Part shown: positions 24,428 to 34,742 of the stretch, piece by piece
Layout of the letters: each line of letters begins with the position of its first letter
Position numbering within the stretch: position 1 is the stretch's first letter
DNA from: an uncultured Clostridia bacterium
GTDB lineage: Bacteria > Bacillota_I > Bacilli_A > RF39 > UBA660
DNA: 64,000 bases
Reading direction: 5' to 3'
NCBI GenBank assembly: GCA_947165135.1
Contig: CAMUZE010000005.1
Coordinates: 4,101 to 68,100 of the forward strand
Notes under the pieces: model-generated
What the model was told of the DNA's origin: nothing
What the model saw: only the letters and a program-made list of their open reading frames with translations
The model's database searches: none
Translations under genes and position numbers: made by a program

Positions 24428-26461
24428 ATGAAAAAAAAGAATAATATGGGATTTAAAGATAAATTATTAAAATATTTTTCTACAAATATTTTATTTTTAT
24501 TGTTCGTTGTTATTTCTTTTTTAATGAGTTTTATAATGAAAGTTGTTACTATAGGATTTCCTATCAACTTAAAATCATTTTTAGGTGATATAGCAGCACT
24601 TTTATTTATAGGTTCATTTAGTTATTTAATTAAGCCAAAAAGAAGATATATTTATTTTTTGCCTTGGCTTATTTTCTTTGTTCTTTTAACTATTGGTAAT
24701 ACAATTTATTATCAATTTTATCAATCATTTTTATCAATTAATTTAATAGCTACTGCATCGATGATAACTGATGTTAAATGGGCAGCATATGATAAAGTAA
24801 AAACATGGCATTTCTTTTATGTATTTGGATTAATTATATTTATTTTTGTTAATAAATTTTTGAAAAAAATAAAATACTATGAAAAATATGATAAAAACGA
24901 AAATGATAAGAAAAACTTTGCTTACACTCTATTTATATCAATTATAATGCTAATATATATTACATTTACTGTTCCATCTATAGATACAATTAGACTACAA
25001 AAGCAATGGAATAGGGAATATATTGTACAAAAGTATGGATTATATTTATATCATGCAAATGACATAATACAGAGTATTCAACCGCGTCTAAATGAGTATT
25101 ATGGATATGATGAAGCATCATTAAGGTTTAGAAATTATTATGCTTGTAAATTTGAAAGAAAAAAAGAGGTAAATGAATATACAGATTATTTTAAAGGAAA
25201 AAATGTATTATTTATACATGCAGAAAGTGTTCAAAACTTTTTAGTTGATTTGAAGATAAATGGTAAATATGTAACACCTAATTTAAATAAACTAGTACAT
25301 GAGGGGATGTATTTTAGTAAATTCTATCCTCAAATAAGTGTTGGAACTTCATCTGATACAGAATTCACTTTAAATACAGGACTATTGCCTTCATCTAGTG
25401 GAACGGTATTTGTTAATTATTATGATAGAAAGTATTATCCTATGCCTAAGTATTTTCATGATTTAGGATACTATACATTTAGTGCTCATGCTAATTACGC
25501 TGAATATTGGAATAGAAAAGTAGTACATAAAGTGTTAGGATATCAAGATTTTTATTCAAAAGAGTATTATAGTATTCCTGAAGATACCAATGATATGGAT
25601 TGGGTAGGACTTGGACTTTCTGATAAATCATTTTTTAAACAATTAACTCCAATTATTAAAAATATTAAAGAATCAAAAAGTCCATTTATGGGAACAATCA
25701 TTACGCTTTCTAATCATTCTCCATTCGGTGATTTGGAAAAATATGGTGAATTTGAAGTAACTATGAATTATGAATATATAAATGAAGATGGTAAGAAAGA
25801 ACACGGGGTAGCACCATATTTAGAAGGAACTACATTAGGTGATTATATAAGAAGTGCACATTACGCAGATGAAGCCTTAGGAGAGTTTATTGAATTATTA
25901 AAAGAAAATAATATATTAGATAATACAGTAATTGTATTTTATGGAGATCATGAAGCTAGACTTCCTAAAAATGAATTTGATTTATTCTTTAATTATGACC
26001 CTACTACTGATAGTATTAAAGATAGTGATGATCCAACATATATTAGTATGGAAAATTATAATTATGACCTATTAAAGAATACACCACTTATTATATGGTC
26101 TAATGAAGAAAAATATGAAAAAGTAATTGATTACACAATGGGTATGTATGATGTTCTCCCAACTATAGCTAATATGTTTGGATTTGAAGAAAAATATGCT
26201 TTAGGTCATGATGTATTTAGTTCTAATGAAAAAATAGTTGTATTTCCTAATGGTAATGTTTTAACTGATAAAGTATATTATAGTAATCTTAAAGATGAAT
26301 ATATTGTATTTGAGAATAAAATAATTACTAGTGACTATATAGATAGAATAAAAGAATATTCAACTGAAATATTAGAAGTATCAAATGGTATAGTAATTTA
26401 TAATTTAATACAAAATGAGGAAGATAAGATAGGAGAATGTAATAATGAAAAAAAGAACTGA
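24428..26461 (+). CDS. ltaS: Lipoteichoic acid synthase family protein (LtaS-like sulfatase-fold enzyme)
   Basis: N-terminal polytopic membrane part plus an extracellular sulfatase-like domain (FIHAESVQNF, GTSSDTEFTLNTGL, LSNHSPF, YGDHE). The ATG at 24428 has a GAGGAA RBS. The track start at 24365 lies upstream of the predicted promoter. Confidence 0.8.
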   Translation: MKKKNNMGFKDKLLKYFSTNILFLLFVVISFLMSFIMKVVTIGFPINLKSFLGDIAALLFIGSFSYLIKPKRRYIYFLPWLIFFVLLTIGNTIYYQFYQSFLSINLIATASMITDVKWAAYDKVKTWHFFYVFGLIIFIFVNKFLKKIKYYEKYDKNENDKKNFAYTLFISIIMLIYITFTVPSIDTIRLQKQWNREYIVQKYGLYLYHANDIIQSIQPRLNEYYGYDEASLRFRNYYACKFERKKEVNEYTDYFKGKNVLFIHAESVQNFLVDLKINGKYVTPNLNKLVHEGMYFSKFYPQISVGTSSDTEFTLNTGLLPSSSGTVFVNYYDRKYYPMPKYFHDLGYYTFSAHANYAEYWNRKVVHKVLGYQDFYSKEYYSIPEDTNDMDWVGLGLSDKSFFKQLTPIIKNIKESKSPFMGTIITLSNHSPFGDLEKYGEFEVTMNYEYINEDGKKEHGVAPYLEGTTLGDYIRSAHYADEALGEFIELLKENNILDNTVIVFYGDHEARLPKNEFDLFFNYDPTTDSIKDSDDPTYISMENYNYDLLKNTPLIIWSNEEKYEKVIDYTMGMYDVLPTIANMFGFEEKYALGHDVFSSNEKIVVFPNGNVLTDKVYYSNLKDEYIVFENKIITSDYIDRIKEYSTEILEVSNGIVIYNLIQNEEDKIGECNNEKKN

Positions 26462-27059
26462 TAGAAAGATATTAATAATATTCATATTTGTTGGAATTAT
26501 ACTTTTTAGTTATTTGGGATATAGAGTATATAATGATTTCTTTAAAAGTAAAAATACTCATAAACCAATTGATTCTATAGAACTTTATGAATATACACTA
26601 AGTAATAATGATACATCGATATATAAAGATAATTTTAAGGCTCTATCAAAGGTTTTAAATAATAAACCGATTGATTATAGTGAATATGCTAAATTAATCT
26701 CTAAACTCTTTATAATTGACTTATATACGCTTGATAATAAAATGGGTAGTACTGATATTGGTGGATTAGAATTTATTCACAAAGATTTAAGAGATAATTT
26801 TAAAGATAATATGGGTTCTTCTTTATATAAATTTATGGAAACTAATCTAGACGGTCAGAGAAAACAAGAATTACCAGAAGTAAGTGATGTTGAAATAATA
26901 GATATAGATGACACAAAGTATACATATAAAGATAATACTTATGATGGTTATATAGTTAATGCAAAATGGACGTATGTTAAAAATTTGGGCTATCAAAACA
27001 CAATGAAATTAACTATCATTAAAGATAAAGACATTTTATATATTGTTAAAGGAGAGTAA
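26445..27059 (+). CDS. Membrane-anchored hypothetical protein (204 aa)
   Basis: Overlaps the end of the LtaS-like gene and has a single N-terminal TM. No motif recognised. Confidence 0.6.
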   Translation: MKKRTDRKILIIFIFVGIILFSYLGYRVYNDFFKSKNTHKPIDSIELYEYTLSNNDTSIYKDNFKALSKVLNNKPIDYSEYAKLISKLFIIDLYTLDNKMGSTDIGGLEFIHKDLRDNFKDNMGSSLYKFMETNLDGQRKQELPEVSDVEIIDIDDTKYTYKDNTYDGYIVNAKWTYVKNLGYQNTMKLTIIKDKDILYIVKGE

Positions 27060-27088
27060 AAAAGATATTCCTATTGAATATCTTTTTT
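27058..27088. terminator. Bidirectional terminator between convergent operons
   Basis: Stem aaaaaagatattc / gaatatctttttt with a 5-nt loop. It overlaps the stop of the LCP gene. Confidence 0.6.
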
Positions 27089-28948
27089 CTTAACATATAT
27101 TGTTAATGATTTAACAAGTTCTAATATAGTATCTTTATGTTCTTTTTGACTATGGAAACTATATTCATTAAAATTATTTAAAGATACTGTCTCTTTTGTA
27201 TCAATATCTATAAATTTAAGTGTAAGCCCATTTGAACTTGCATAATTTTTTATTTGATCAACTGAATATCCTGACATGCTTTTAAGTACACTTATTCTGC
27301 TCTCACTATAGCTTCCTTGACCAACTACAGTGTCTTGATATGGGTTATTTAAATCAAATGATGCTTTTTTAACTAATGTAGCTTTTGATTTTCCTAAATT
27401 AATATTTATTTCTTTTTTTATATCATTAATGCTTCCTTTGTATGGAATTGTTACAGCAGGGTAACTTTTAGATGAAGGATCATAAACATATTTATATACA
27501 CTATATCCTTTTAATTGCATTCTTTGTATATTTACGAGATTTGTACTATCATTAATAATTATAGATTTTCCTAAACTATATAGCGATAATACATCGTTCG
27601 TTTTTATATTTGTTTGAAAATTTGGTTTTATTATTGTAAGAATATCAACTGCTTGATTTGGATCTGTCATTTTAGTAGAGGCTTTAATTATTCCCATAAT
27701 AACTTTCATTTGTATTTTTCCCCTTGTATAATCACTTCTACTACCTTCTGTATAAGTAGGACAATATTGTGCCATTTTCTTTCCTGGATTACTTCCATCG
27801 TTTGGTTTATGTCTATTTCTTGATAATGCTAGTGCCTGTTCACCATTTAAATGTTGTTTGCCTTTTTCAACAAATACTGTATTACTTCCCCAAGAACGAG
27901 AACTATTTTGTTCACATATTGAGTAAGGTACATCAACATCGATTCCTCCAACTGCTTCAACTAATTGAACAACTCCTTTGAAATTTATTTTTGCATAATA
28001 ATCAATATTAACTCCAAATAGATTTTCAATTGTTTTAACAGCACATGAAGATGAACTTCCCCAAGTAGTAGTATTTATTCTTCTATAGTTACCATTAGAA
28101 CATGCTGTTTTTAAATACATATCTCTAGGGACAGATGTAAGAGTAGCTCTTAAAGTTTTTGGATTAAAAGTAACTAGTAATAGTACATCTCCATTATATC
28201 CTGATGTAACACCATCTTTTGATGAATCGACCCCAATTAATAACATTGTAAACGGTTTTGTTAAAGTTGCATTCTCATCTTTTATGTCTTCTTCATTTGA
28301 TTCATATATTTTTGATTTTTCATATAATACTTTTGTTTCATCTTCAATATCTTCATATCCTTCCATAGAGTAGAACATATCTACATAGTTTCTACTAAAG
28401 AATGCTGCTTCTATTTCGCCATCTTTAAGAGCATATAATAGTTCTATTGTTGATGGGTATTCTTTAATAGTATTATTATCTGATAATTTTAATTCTTTTA
28501 TTATCTCATTAGGAAGAATATTTCCTTCTATATCTTTTTTATCATTAACTAAACCTATTGTTTTATTTTTTAAATCTTTATAACTATCATATGATTTATT
28601 ATAAGTTACTAAAACAGAGTAATACTCATTTGTATTTTCACTATATGAATTAATTGATTCATATATTTTATTTAGATAATAGTATCCAAATGCTTCTACA
28701 CCAATAATTATTATTGTAACAATTACTGAGACTATAAATCCTGTCCAATTTTTCTTTTTTATCCCTCTAAATAATAAGTAAGACATAAATAGTAATAGGT
28801 ATAAAAGAATAACTATTCCGTAATATCTATAGAATGTTTCAACACCTTTATATAGTATTAAACTATAACTGAAAAATGAAAAACTAATTATTTGAACTAT
28901 AAGTAAAACTGATGATATAAAAAATTTAAATATTCTTTTTAACTTCAC
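27071..28948 (-). CDS. LytR-CpsA-Psr (LCP) family cell-wall glycopolymer ligase with extra domains
   Basis: N-terminal TMs and a periplasmic-binding-protein-like segment. The LCP core reads LLIGVDS..GDVLLLVTFNPKT..LTSVPRDMY..FGVNIDYYAKINFKGVVQLVEAVGGIDVDVP..LNGEQALALSRNRH. Confidence 0.8.
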   Translation of the reverse strand: MKLKRIFKFFISSVLLIVQIISFSFFSYSLILYKGVETFYRYYGIVILLYLLLFMSYLLFRGIKKKNWTGFIVSVIVTIIIIGVEAFGYYYLNKIYESINSYSENTNEYYSVLVTYNKSYDSYKDLKNKTIGLVNDKKDIEGNILPNEIIKELKLSDNNTIKEYPSTIELLYALKDGEIEAAFFSRNYVDMFYSMEGYEDIEDETKVLYEKSKIYESNEEDIKDENATLTKPFTMLLIGVDSSKDGVTSGYNGDVLLLVTFNPKTLRATLTSVPRDMYLKTACSNGNYRRINTTTWGSSSSCAVKTIENLFGVNIDYYAKINFKGVVQLVEAVGGIDVDVPYSICEQNSSRSWGSNTVFVEKGKQHLNGEQALALSRNRHKPNDGSNPGKKMAQYCPTYTEGSRSDYTRGKIQMKVIMGIIKASTKMTDPNQAVDILTIIKPNFQTNIKTNDVLSLYSLGKSIIINDSTNLVNIQRMQLKGYSVYKYVYDPSSKSYPAVTIPYKGSINDIKKEININLGKSKATLVKKASFDLNNPYQDTVVGQGSYSESRISVLKSMSGYSVDQIKNYASSNGLTLKFIDIDTKETVSLNNFNEYSFHSQKEHKDTILELVKSLTIYVKKKDIQ

Positions 28949-28963
28949 ATTAACAACTTCTTT

Positions 28964-30325
28964 CTATTTATCTTTTTTATTTGATTTTTTTATTCTTTCT
29001 TTTTCTTCTTTATCTTTTTTTAGTTTTTCTAATTTTTCACGTTTTTTCTTATCTTTAGATACCTTATTTATTAGTATACCAATTAATACAAGTATTATTA
29101 ATATTGTTTCAACTATTAGAATTGATAATAGTTTTGTATATTTTTTAATAGATTCTTTATACGGTCTTACTTCTTCATCTGTATATCTAATAATTGTATT
29201 TGTTTTTGAATCATATGTGTAATAATCTTCATTTCCAGAATCTAAGTCTTTACCATGAATTATATAGTATTCACTATTTTCTCTTTTTAATGCTTCAAAT
29301 ATTACATTATCTATTTCAACTGAAGTACTGATATATTCATCTAAAACTAAATTCATTTTTAATGGATACAATTTTATTTTATCCAAATTTGCTTCATCGT
29401 ACTTATAAAATTTATACATTTCTTCATCATATATAAACAGATTAGTATCACCATTTTCATCTTTTAGACCTATTAATGTATAATCTGTAACTTCATTATA
29501 AAACCCAGGTACTTTTTGATTATTAATTGTCAATTCTTTTTTATCATAATTATCAGGAGCTTCTAAGTTAGATTCTCTTTTTACTACAACATATTCTTTG
29601 TCATCAATTGTAATTTTAATTGGATTTGGATCAGTAACACTAACTATCACTATATATTTTTTAACACTACCATTTTGAGCTGTTACTGTTATTATGAATT
29701 TATTATCACCTTCGGATACATTGAAAGTTCCAGTGCCATCTACATCCGATTTTGAATCTTCTGCTTTAGCACTTATCTTTATACTAGTAGTATTTGCATT
29801 AGCATTAACTGTATATTCTGTTACATCTTTTTTAAAAGTAGGGGATAATGTTAAATCACCAATGCTTAAAGAAGATAAATAATTATTTTTTGACAAAGAT
29901 GCTTGATAATCACTTTGAGTTATTACTTTAATTGTTTTACTATTTTTTGTAACTGATAAATTCTTTTCTGACCATGTAAGAACATCCACATTTTTAACAC
30001 CAACTGTACTTGATCCGGTTGCGATAGCTTTAAATTTATAAGTATATGTTTTAGATTTTAGTTTTCCATCTCCTGCATCTGCGACTGTGCTATCACCTGA
30101 AGATAATTTAAATTTACTTGAATTGTAATCTATTGTCCATCTCCAACTTCCAAGTAACTCACTTGATGATACTTTTACAGTCACTGTTATAGTATCTCCA
30201 ACTATAACCTGATTCTTATTTGATGATACACTTATTTTTGCACTTGCTGCGTAAACTTTATTAAATGAAATAAATGACATAAATAAGCCGATTAACAAAG
30301 CAATAATTATTTTTCTATTTTTCAT
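28964..30325 (-). CDS. Membrane-anchored surface protein with cohesin-like and cadherin-like beta-sandwich domains
   Basis: Signal peptide and a cohesin-like N-domain (VGDTITVTVKVSSSELLGSWRWTIDYNSSKFKL). A cadherin-like module follows (LSSLSIGDLTLSPTFKKDVTEYTV...ITVTAQNGSVKKYIVIV), then a C-terminal TM and Lys-rich tail. Confidence 0.6.
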   Translation of the reverse strand: MKNRKIIIALLIGLFMSFISFNKVYAASAKISVSSNKNQVIVGDTITVTVKVSSSELLGSWRWTIDYNSSKFKLSSGDSTVADAGDGKLKSKTYTYKFKAIATGSSTVGVKNVDVLTWSEKNLSVTKNSKTIKVITQSDYQASLSKNNYLSSLSIGDLTLSPTFKKDVTEYTVNANANTTSIKISAKAEDSKSDVDGTGTFNVSEGDNKFIITVTAQNGSVKKYIVIVSVTDPNPIKITIDDKEYVVVKRESNLEAPDNYDKKELTINNQKVPGFYNEVTDYTLIGLKDENGDTNLFIYDEEMYKFYKYDEANLDKIKLYPLKMNLVLDEYISTSVEIDNVIFEALKRENSEYYIIHGKDLDSGNEDYYTYDSKTNTIIRYTDEEVRPYKESIKKYTKLLSILIVETILIILVLIGILINKVSKDKKKREKLEKLKKDKEEKERIKKSNKKDK

Positions 30326-30334
30326 AACTCCTCC

Positions 30335-32485
30335 TTATAACTTTTTAGCACCTTTAATATGTTTTTGAACTTGAAGTAAATCAAGTATTGTTATATCATT
30401 ATCACCTGATGTATCTCCTGCAAGTAGGGAAGCACCAGTTAATTTTTTAGCACCTTTAATATGTTTTTGAACTTGAAGTAAATCAAGTATTGTTATATTC
30501 CCATCTCCAGATGTGTCACCCTTAACTGATAATATATATATTTTAGTATCATCTTGAGTTGATATTTCTAATTTATAATTAGTTGCAATGATATCAGTAT
30601 CTTTTAATTGCTCTCCACTACTATTAGTAGCATTAACTTTAGTTGCTCCAGCAGCAATTAAACTATTTTTTATATTATTAATTGTTGTGCCATTTTTGAT
30701 TTTTGTAATAATATTATCTGTTGTAGTATATCCAGTTTTAGTAACAATTTCATGTATACTCATCTTTATGTCTGCTTTTTTAATTGTGATTGAATATTTC
30801 TTTTCTTCTTGTGTTTCACTTGTAACAATAATTGTTATTTCAGTTTCGTCATCTTTTAATTCATATTCTCCTGTTCCATTAATAGTTGAAGTTGGTGCTT
30901 CTGTTTCTGCATTAATGGTTATTTTATTTGTGCCTAATGGTACAAAAACTTCATATTCAATTATATCTTGATCAAAAGAAGGAGATAGTTCATAACCAGA
31001 AACTTCTAGTGATTTTAAATCATTATTTGTATTTCCACTTTTTGGAAGAGAAGTATATAAAGGCATATCATTATATATAGGTATTTCAAATATGAACGTT
31101 TGATTTAATACATTAGACTTTTTATATGAATTATATGTCTGATTCCCCTCAGTAGCTGGTGCTTGAATATTTGTCATATATTGATGAGTATATTTTTTAA
31201 ATTGTGCATTTGGTCCAACGTTAAATTTTTGATAATATAAAGTACCTTGTCCCTTACTAACATAACCATTTGCTAAGAAAGAACTACCTTCAGTAATTGC
31301 TGTTTCAATATTATTCCATAATTCGCCATCTCTATCTATTAATTTGGCAGCATATGCAAGACCTCTTGTTACAGCTGAGTAATTAACTCCATCAATAGTA
31401 ACTTCATAAGCTCCTATATTGAAAAAATTATAATATCCACTATATTTTTTACCTTTCCAAGTAAATTCACCACCACTAGTTGAGCCACTTCCATCCGCTC
31501 CAACTTCTAATCTAATTCTACTAGCTATATGAACAGGACTGATTTTATTTGTCTTTCCTGCATTGAACATAGGAATTGTATATTCATCGGCGGATAATTT
31601 GGAAGTTCCAAATATTGATTTAACAAGTAATGGATATGTTTCTTCTAATGATTCTTCATATGATAAGTTTTCAAACATAAATATTCTTTCTTCTGTTAAC
31701 CAGTTTCTTGGATCCATGTAAAAAGCAATAACGCCTTTATTTACTTTAAACCATGTTTTTCCTTCTGCTGGTTTTGAAGATGTTCTATAATTATCATTTT
31801 CTGTTTGCATGTAGCATATTCCTAATTCAGATGCTACAGAAGATGAAAAATTTAGATTTGTTTTTCCTGCTTTAAATACCCAGTTTGGATATTTTTGATG
31901 TAGGTAAGTAAGATAAGGTATGTGATCATCCGGAAAACCTTCTGATTTTAAAGTTTGTTCATATTCCTCATCCTTAGCAGTAATATCTTCTTTTTTAACA
32001 ACATAATCTTTACTTATCCATCCAACTGAACCATTATAATAATTTATCTTATACCAATTATCTTTAGTATCGAGTATTGTAACATTAACACCTAAAGATA
32101 ATCTTTCAATTACACCATAGTTAGTTCCGGCACCTTTTCTAACCGCAACATTATTTCCACTAACACGTGCTGTCCAATCAGAAACATTAATTCCATTAAA
32201 TGAATTATCTACATAAGTAACATATTTACTACATATATATGCATCTTTTTCTTTATAAGTTATCTTTAACCATTTCGCATCGCAACCTTCACCAGGGTAA
32301 AGAGTTTTATCAACGACACTAATATTTGTTCCTTTACTTAATGTCGCAATAATACTACCATTTGTACTTGACTCACTTCTAATTCTAACTGATGAACTAT
32401 TAATTACTGCATCATAACTCGCATTAACTAAAGGTATATATGATAAAAATAATAATAGTGCTATAAAAATAAAATATTTTTTCAT
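30335..32485 (-). CDS. Peptidoglycan hydrolase: SH3b repeats, GH73-type N-acetylglucosaminidase, cadherin-like module and C-terminal dockerin
   Basis: The start at 32485 follows GGAGG (the track start at 32542 is an extension) and gives signal peptide MKKYFIFIALLLFLSYIPLVNA. SH3b-like repeats (VRIRSESSTNGSII.., VAVRKGAGTNYGVI..WYKINY) and a glucosaminidase core (ISPVHIASRIRLEVG, YYNFFNIGAY) follow. Two dockerin F-hand repeats read GDTSGDGNITILDLLQVQKHI and GDTSGDNDITILDLLQVQKHI. Confidence 0.75.
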   Translation of the reverse strand: MKKYFIFIALLLFLSYIPLVNASYDAVINSSSVRIRSESSTNGSIIATLSKGTNISVVDKTLYPGEGCDAKWLKITYKEKDAYICSKYVTYVDNSFNGINVSDWTARVSGNNVAVRKGAGTNYGVIERLSLGVNVTILDTKDNWYKINYYNGSVGWISKDYVVKKEDITAKDEEYEQTLKSEGFPDDHIPYLTYLHQKYPNWVFKAGKTNLNFSSSVASELGICYMQTENDNYRTSSKPAEGKTWFKVNKGVIAFYMDPRNWLTEERIFMFENLSYEESLEETYPLLVKSIFGTSKLSADEYTIPMFNAGKTNKISPVHIASRIRLEVGADGSGSTSGGEFTWKGKKYSGYYNFFNIGAYEVTIDGVNYSAVTRGLAYAAKLIDRDGELWNNIETAITEGSSFLANGYVSKGQGTLYYQKFNVGPNAQFKKYTHQYMTNIQAPATEGNQTYNSYKKSNVLNQTFIFEIPIYNDMPLYTSLPKSGNTNNDLKSLEVSGYELSPSFDQDIIEYEVFVPLGTNKITINAETEAPTSTINGTGEYELKDDETEITIIVTSETQEEKKYSITIKKADIKMSIHEIVTKTGYTTTDNIITKIKNGTTINNIKNSLIAAGATKVNATNSSGEQLKDTDIIATNYKLEISTQDDTKIYILSVKGDTSGDGNITILDLLQVQKHIKGAKKLTGASLLAGDTSGDNDITILDLLQVQKHIKGAKKL
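30342..30498 (-). repeat. Two perfect 55-bp direct repeats (30342..30396 and 30444..30498), the internal dockerin duplication
   Basis: tttttagcacctttaatatgtttttgaacttgaagtaaatcaagtattgttatat occurs twice, 102 bp apart. Each copy encodes ITILDLLQVQKHIKGAKKL. Confidence 0.9.
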
Positions 32486-32664
32486 ATATACCTCCATAAT
32501 TCTACTTATAATAATTATAACAAATATTAGCATATTTTTCATTAATAGGAGATTATTATTTCAATACTTTACATAAAAAATAATTAATAAATCAAAAATG
32601 GGTAAATTAAAAAGAGTAGAAAAGTAAAATAATATGTTTTATAATATTCATAGGACGTGATAAT

Positions 32665-33726
32665 ATGAGTTTTATTGTAAATGGTCATAATATTTTTGTA
32701 ATAGTGGCGGTATGTTTTTTTGCATCGTTATTATTTGTCGAAATAATGAAGAGAGTGGCAAAATTTTTAAAGATACTTGATGTACCAAATGAAAAAAGAA
32801 AAATACAAAAAAAACCAGTTCCTTTATTAGGGGGACTTGGTATATTTGGAGCATTTTTACTTGGCTATATGTTATTTGCACCTAAGAATAATTTAATGCT
32901 TTCTGTTCTCATTGGTTCATTTTTGATTATGTTACTCGGATTATTTGATGATATGACTAAATGTAAAACTCCAATGCCTAATAAATATAAAGTTTTAGTC
33001 CAATTAATAGTAGCAGCAATAGTAGTATTTTATGGAGGACTAAAACTTGCAAAAGTTAATGTGTTTGGATTAAGTATTAATTTTGCAAGTATACCTGTTC
33101 TTAGTGAAATTTTAACAATGTTAATTATTGTCGCAACAATTAATGCAATAAACTTAATAGATGGTCTTGATGGACTTTGTGGAGGTATAGCATCAATATA
33201 TTTCTTAACAATTGCAATAATAGGGTTTATATTAAATAAATTTGGTGGACTAGATGTTATATTATCATTAATTATGTTGGGGGCAACTCTTGGATATTTA
33301 TTTCATAATTTTCCACCAGCAAAGATTTATCAAGGTGATGCTGGAAGTACATTCTTAGGGTTTATGATATCCGTAATTTTATTAATTGGATTTAAAGCAA
33401 CAACATTTACTTCACTTGTAATTCCAATGTTAATATTAGCTATTCCAATTATGGATACATTATTTGCAATAATAAGAAGAAAATTAAAAGGACAATCAAT
33501 TGATCATGCAGATAAAGAACATTTACATCATCAATTATTAAAACATTTTTCTAAAAAGAGTTCTTTACTTGTAATATATGGAATTAATTTATTATTCTCA
33601 CTTACTACTATATTCTATGTTTTAGGTGAGAAGATTGAAGTGCTAGTTTGTTATGTCATATTAATCTTTATAGTATTATTTTTAATATTAAAAACAGATA
33701 TAATATTTGATAGAACAAAAAAATAA
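32665..33726 (+). CDS. tagO: Undecaprenyl-phosphate GlcNAc-1-phosphate transferase (MraY/WecA/TagO family)
   Basis: Polytopic membrane protein with LGLFDDM, NAINLIDGLDGL and QGDAGSTFLGF motifs. It sits at the head of the teichoic acid cluster. Confidence 0.75.
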   Translation: MSFIVNGHNIFVIVAVCFFASLLFVEIMKRVAKFLKILDVPNEKRKIQKKPVPLLGGLGIFGAFLLGYMLFAPKNNLMLSVLIGSFLIMLLGLFDDMTKCKTPMPNKYKVLVQLIVAAIVVFYGGLKLAKVNVFGLSINFASIPVLSEILTMLIIVATINAINLIDGLDGLCGGIASIYFLTIAIIGFILNKFGGLDVILSLIMLGATLGYLFHNFPPAKIYQGDAGSTFLGFMISVILLIGFKATTFTSLVIPMLILAIPIMDTLFAIIRRKLKGQSIDHADKEHLHHQLLKHFSKKSSLLVIYGINLLFSLTTIFYVLGEKIEVLVCYVILIFIVLFLILKTDIIFDRTKK

Positions 33727-33756
33727 AATATTTTAAAAATTAAATGGGTGATAAAT

Positions 33757-34728
33757 ATGAATGTCGGAATTTTAGGGTGTGGAGCCTATGGAATAGCGCT
33801 TGCAAGTATTGCAAACAGAAACAATCATCGTGTAACTTTATGGAGTTATAGCGAGGATGAAAAAAAAATAATAACAAGCACATTAAAAAGTCCTAAGCTA
33901 AATAATTATATAATTCCAAAAGAATTAAAGTTTACAACAGATTTAAGTGAAACTGTTAAAAATAAAGATTTAATTATAATAGCAGTCCCAGCTTTTTCAT
34001 TTGAAGAAACTGTCAAAAAAATGAGCTTATATTTGGATGTTAAAACACCTGTTCTTATCGCAACTAAAGGAATTCAACAAGATACATGTTTGTTTTTGCA
34101 TGATGTTTTCAAGAAGAACTCAAAAAATAAAAAAATTGCTGTAATATCAGGCCCTACGTTTGCAAATGATATTATAAAGGAAGTACCAATAGGCTTTTCT
34201 TTGGCGACTAAAAGCAATAAAGTTGAAAAAATAGTTAGAAAATGTTTTGAAAATAATAAAACAAAATTTAGAAGAACAAGGGATATTGTTGGAGTTGAAA
34301 TATGTTCTAGTGTTAAAAATGTTATAGCAATAGCATCAGGAATATTAGAAGGAATGGGTGTAACTGATTCGACAAGAGCACTATTTTTGACTGAAAGTTT
34401 AAATGATATAAAAGAATTAATTCATGAACTAGGAGGCCGTAAAAAAACAATTCTTTCTTTTGCGGGATTTGGTGATATTTTGATGACCTGTACATCTAAG
34501 ACTTCGAGAAATTTTAGTTTTGGGTATTTAATTGGTAATGGCGCTAGCCAGGAAGAAATTGATAATTACTTACAAAGCACAACTGTTGAGGGCATGTACA
34601 CTCTAATGTCAATTCATAAATTGGTTAGAAGTAAAAAGGTTAAAATGCCAATAATTAATTTAATCCATAATGTTATTATTGGAAAGAGAGATAAAGAAGA
34701 AATACTTAAATTTTTAATTAAAAAATAG
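33757..34728 (+). CDS. gpsA: NAD(P)H-dependent glycerol-3-phosphate dehydrogenase
   Basis: Rossmann motif ILGCGAYGIALA, plus ATKGI, ISGPTFA and SVKNVIAIASG, typical of GpsA. The ATG at 33757 has a GGGTGA RBS. The track start at 33748 is a GTG inside the RBS. Confidence 0.8.
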   Translation: MNVGILGCGAYGIALASIANRNNHRVTLWSYSEDEKKIITSTLKSPKLNNYIIPKELKFTTDLSETVKNKDLIIIAVPAFSFEETVKKMSLYLDVKTPVLIATKGIQQDTCLFLHDVFKKNSKNKKIAVISGPTFANDIIKEVPIGFSLATKSNKVEKIVRKCFENNKTKFRRTRDIVGVEICSSVKNVIAIASGILEGMGVTDSTRALFLTESLNDIKELIHELGGRKKTILSFAGFGDILMTCTSKTSRNFSFGYLIGNGASQEEIDNYLQSTTVEGMYTLMSIHKLVRSKKVKMPIINLIHNVIIGKRDKEEILKFLIKK

Positions 34729-34742
34729 TTAGGAGAAAAATT

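Noticed and set aside
30342-30498. Perfect 55-bp direct repeats, considered as a possible mini-array or mobile-element end
   Set aside because: There are only two copies, in frame inside a gene, and each encodes one dockerin F-hand repeat. This is the normal internal duplication of a dockerin, not a CRISPR array or IS end.
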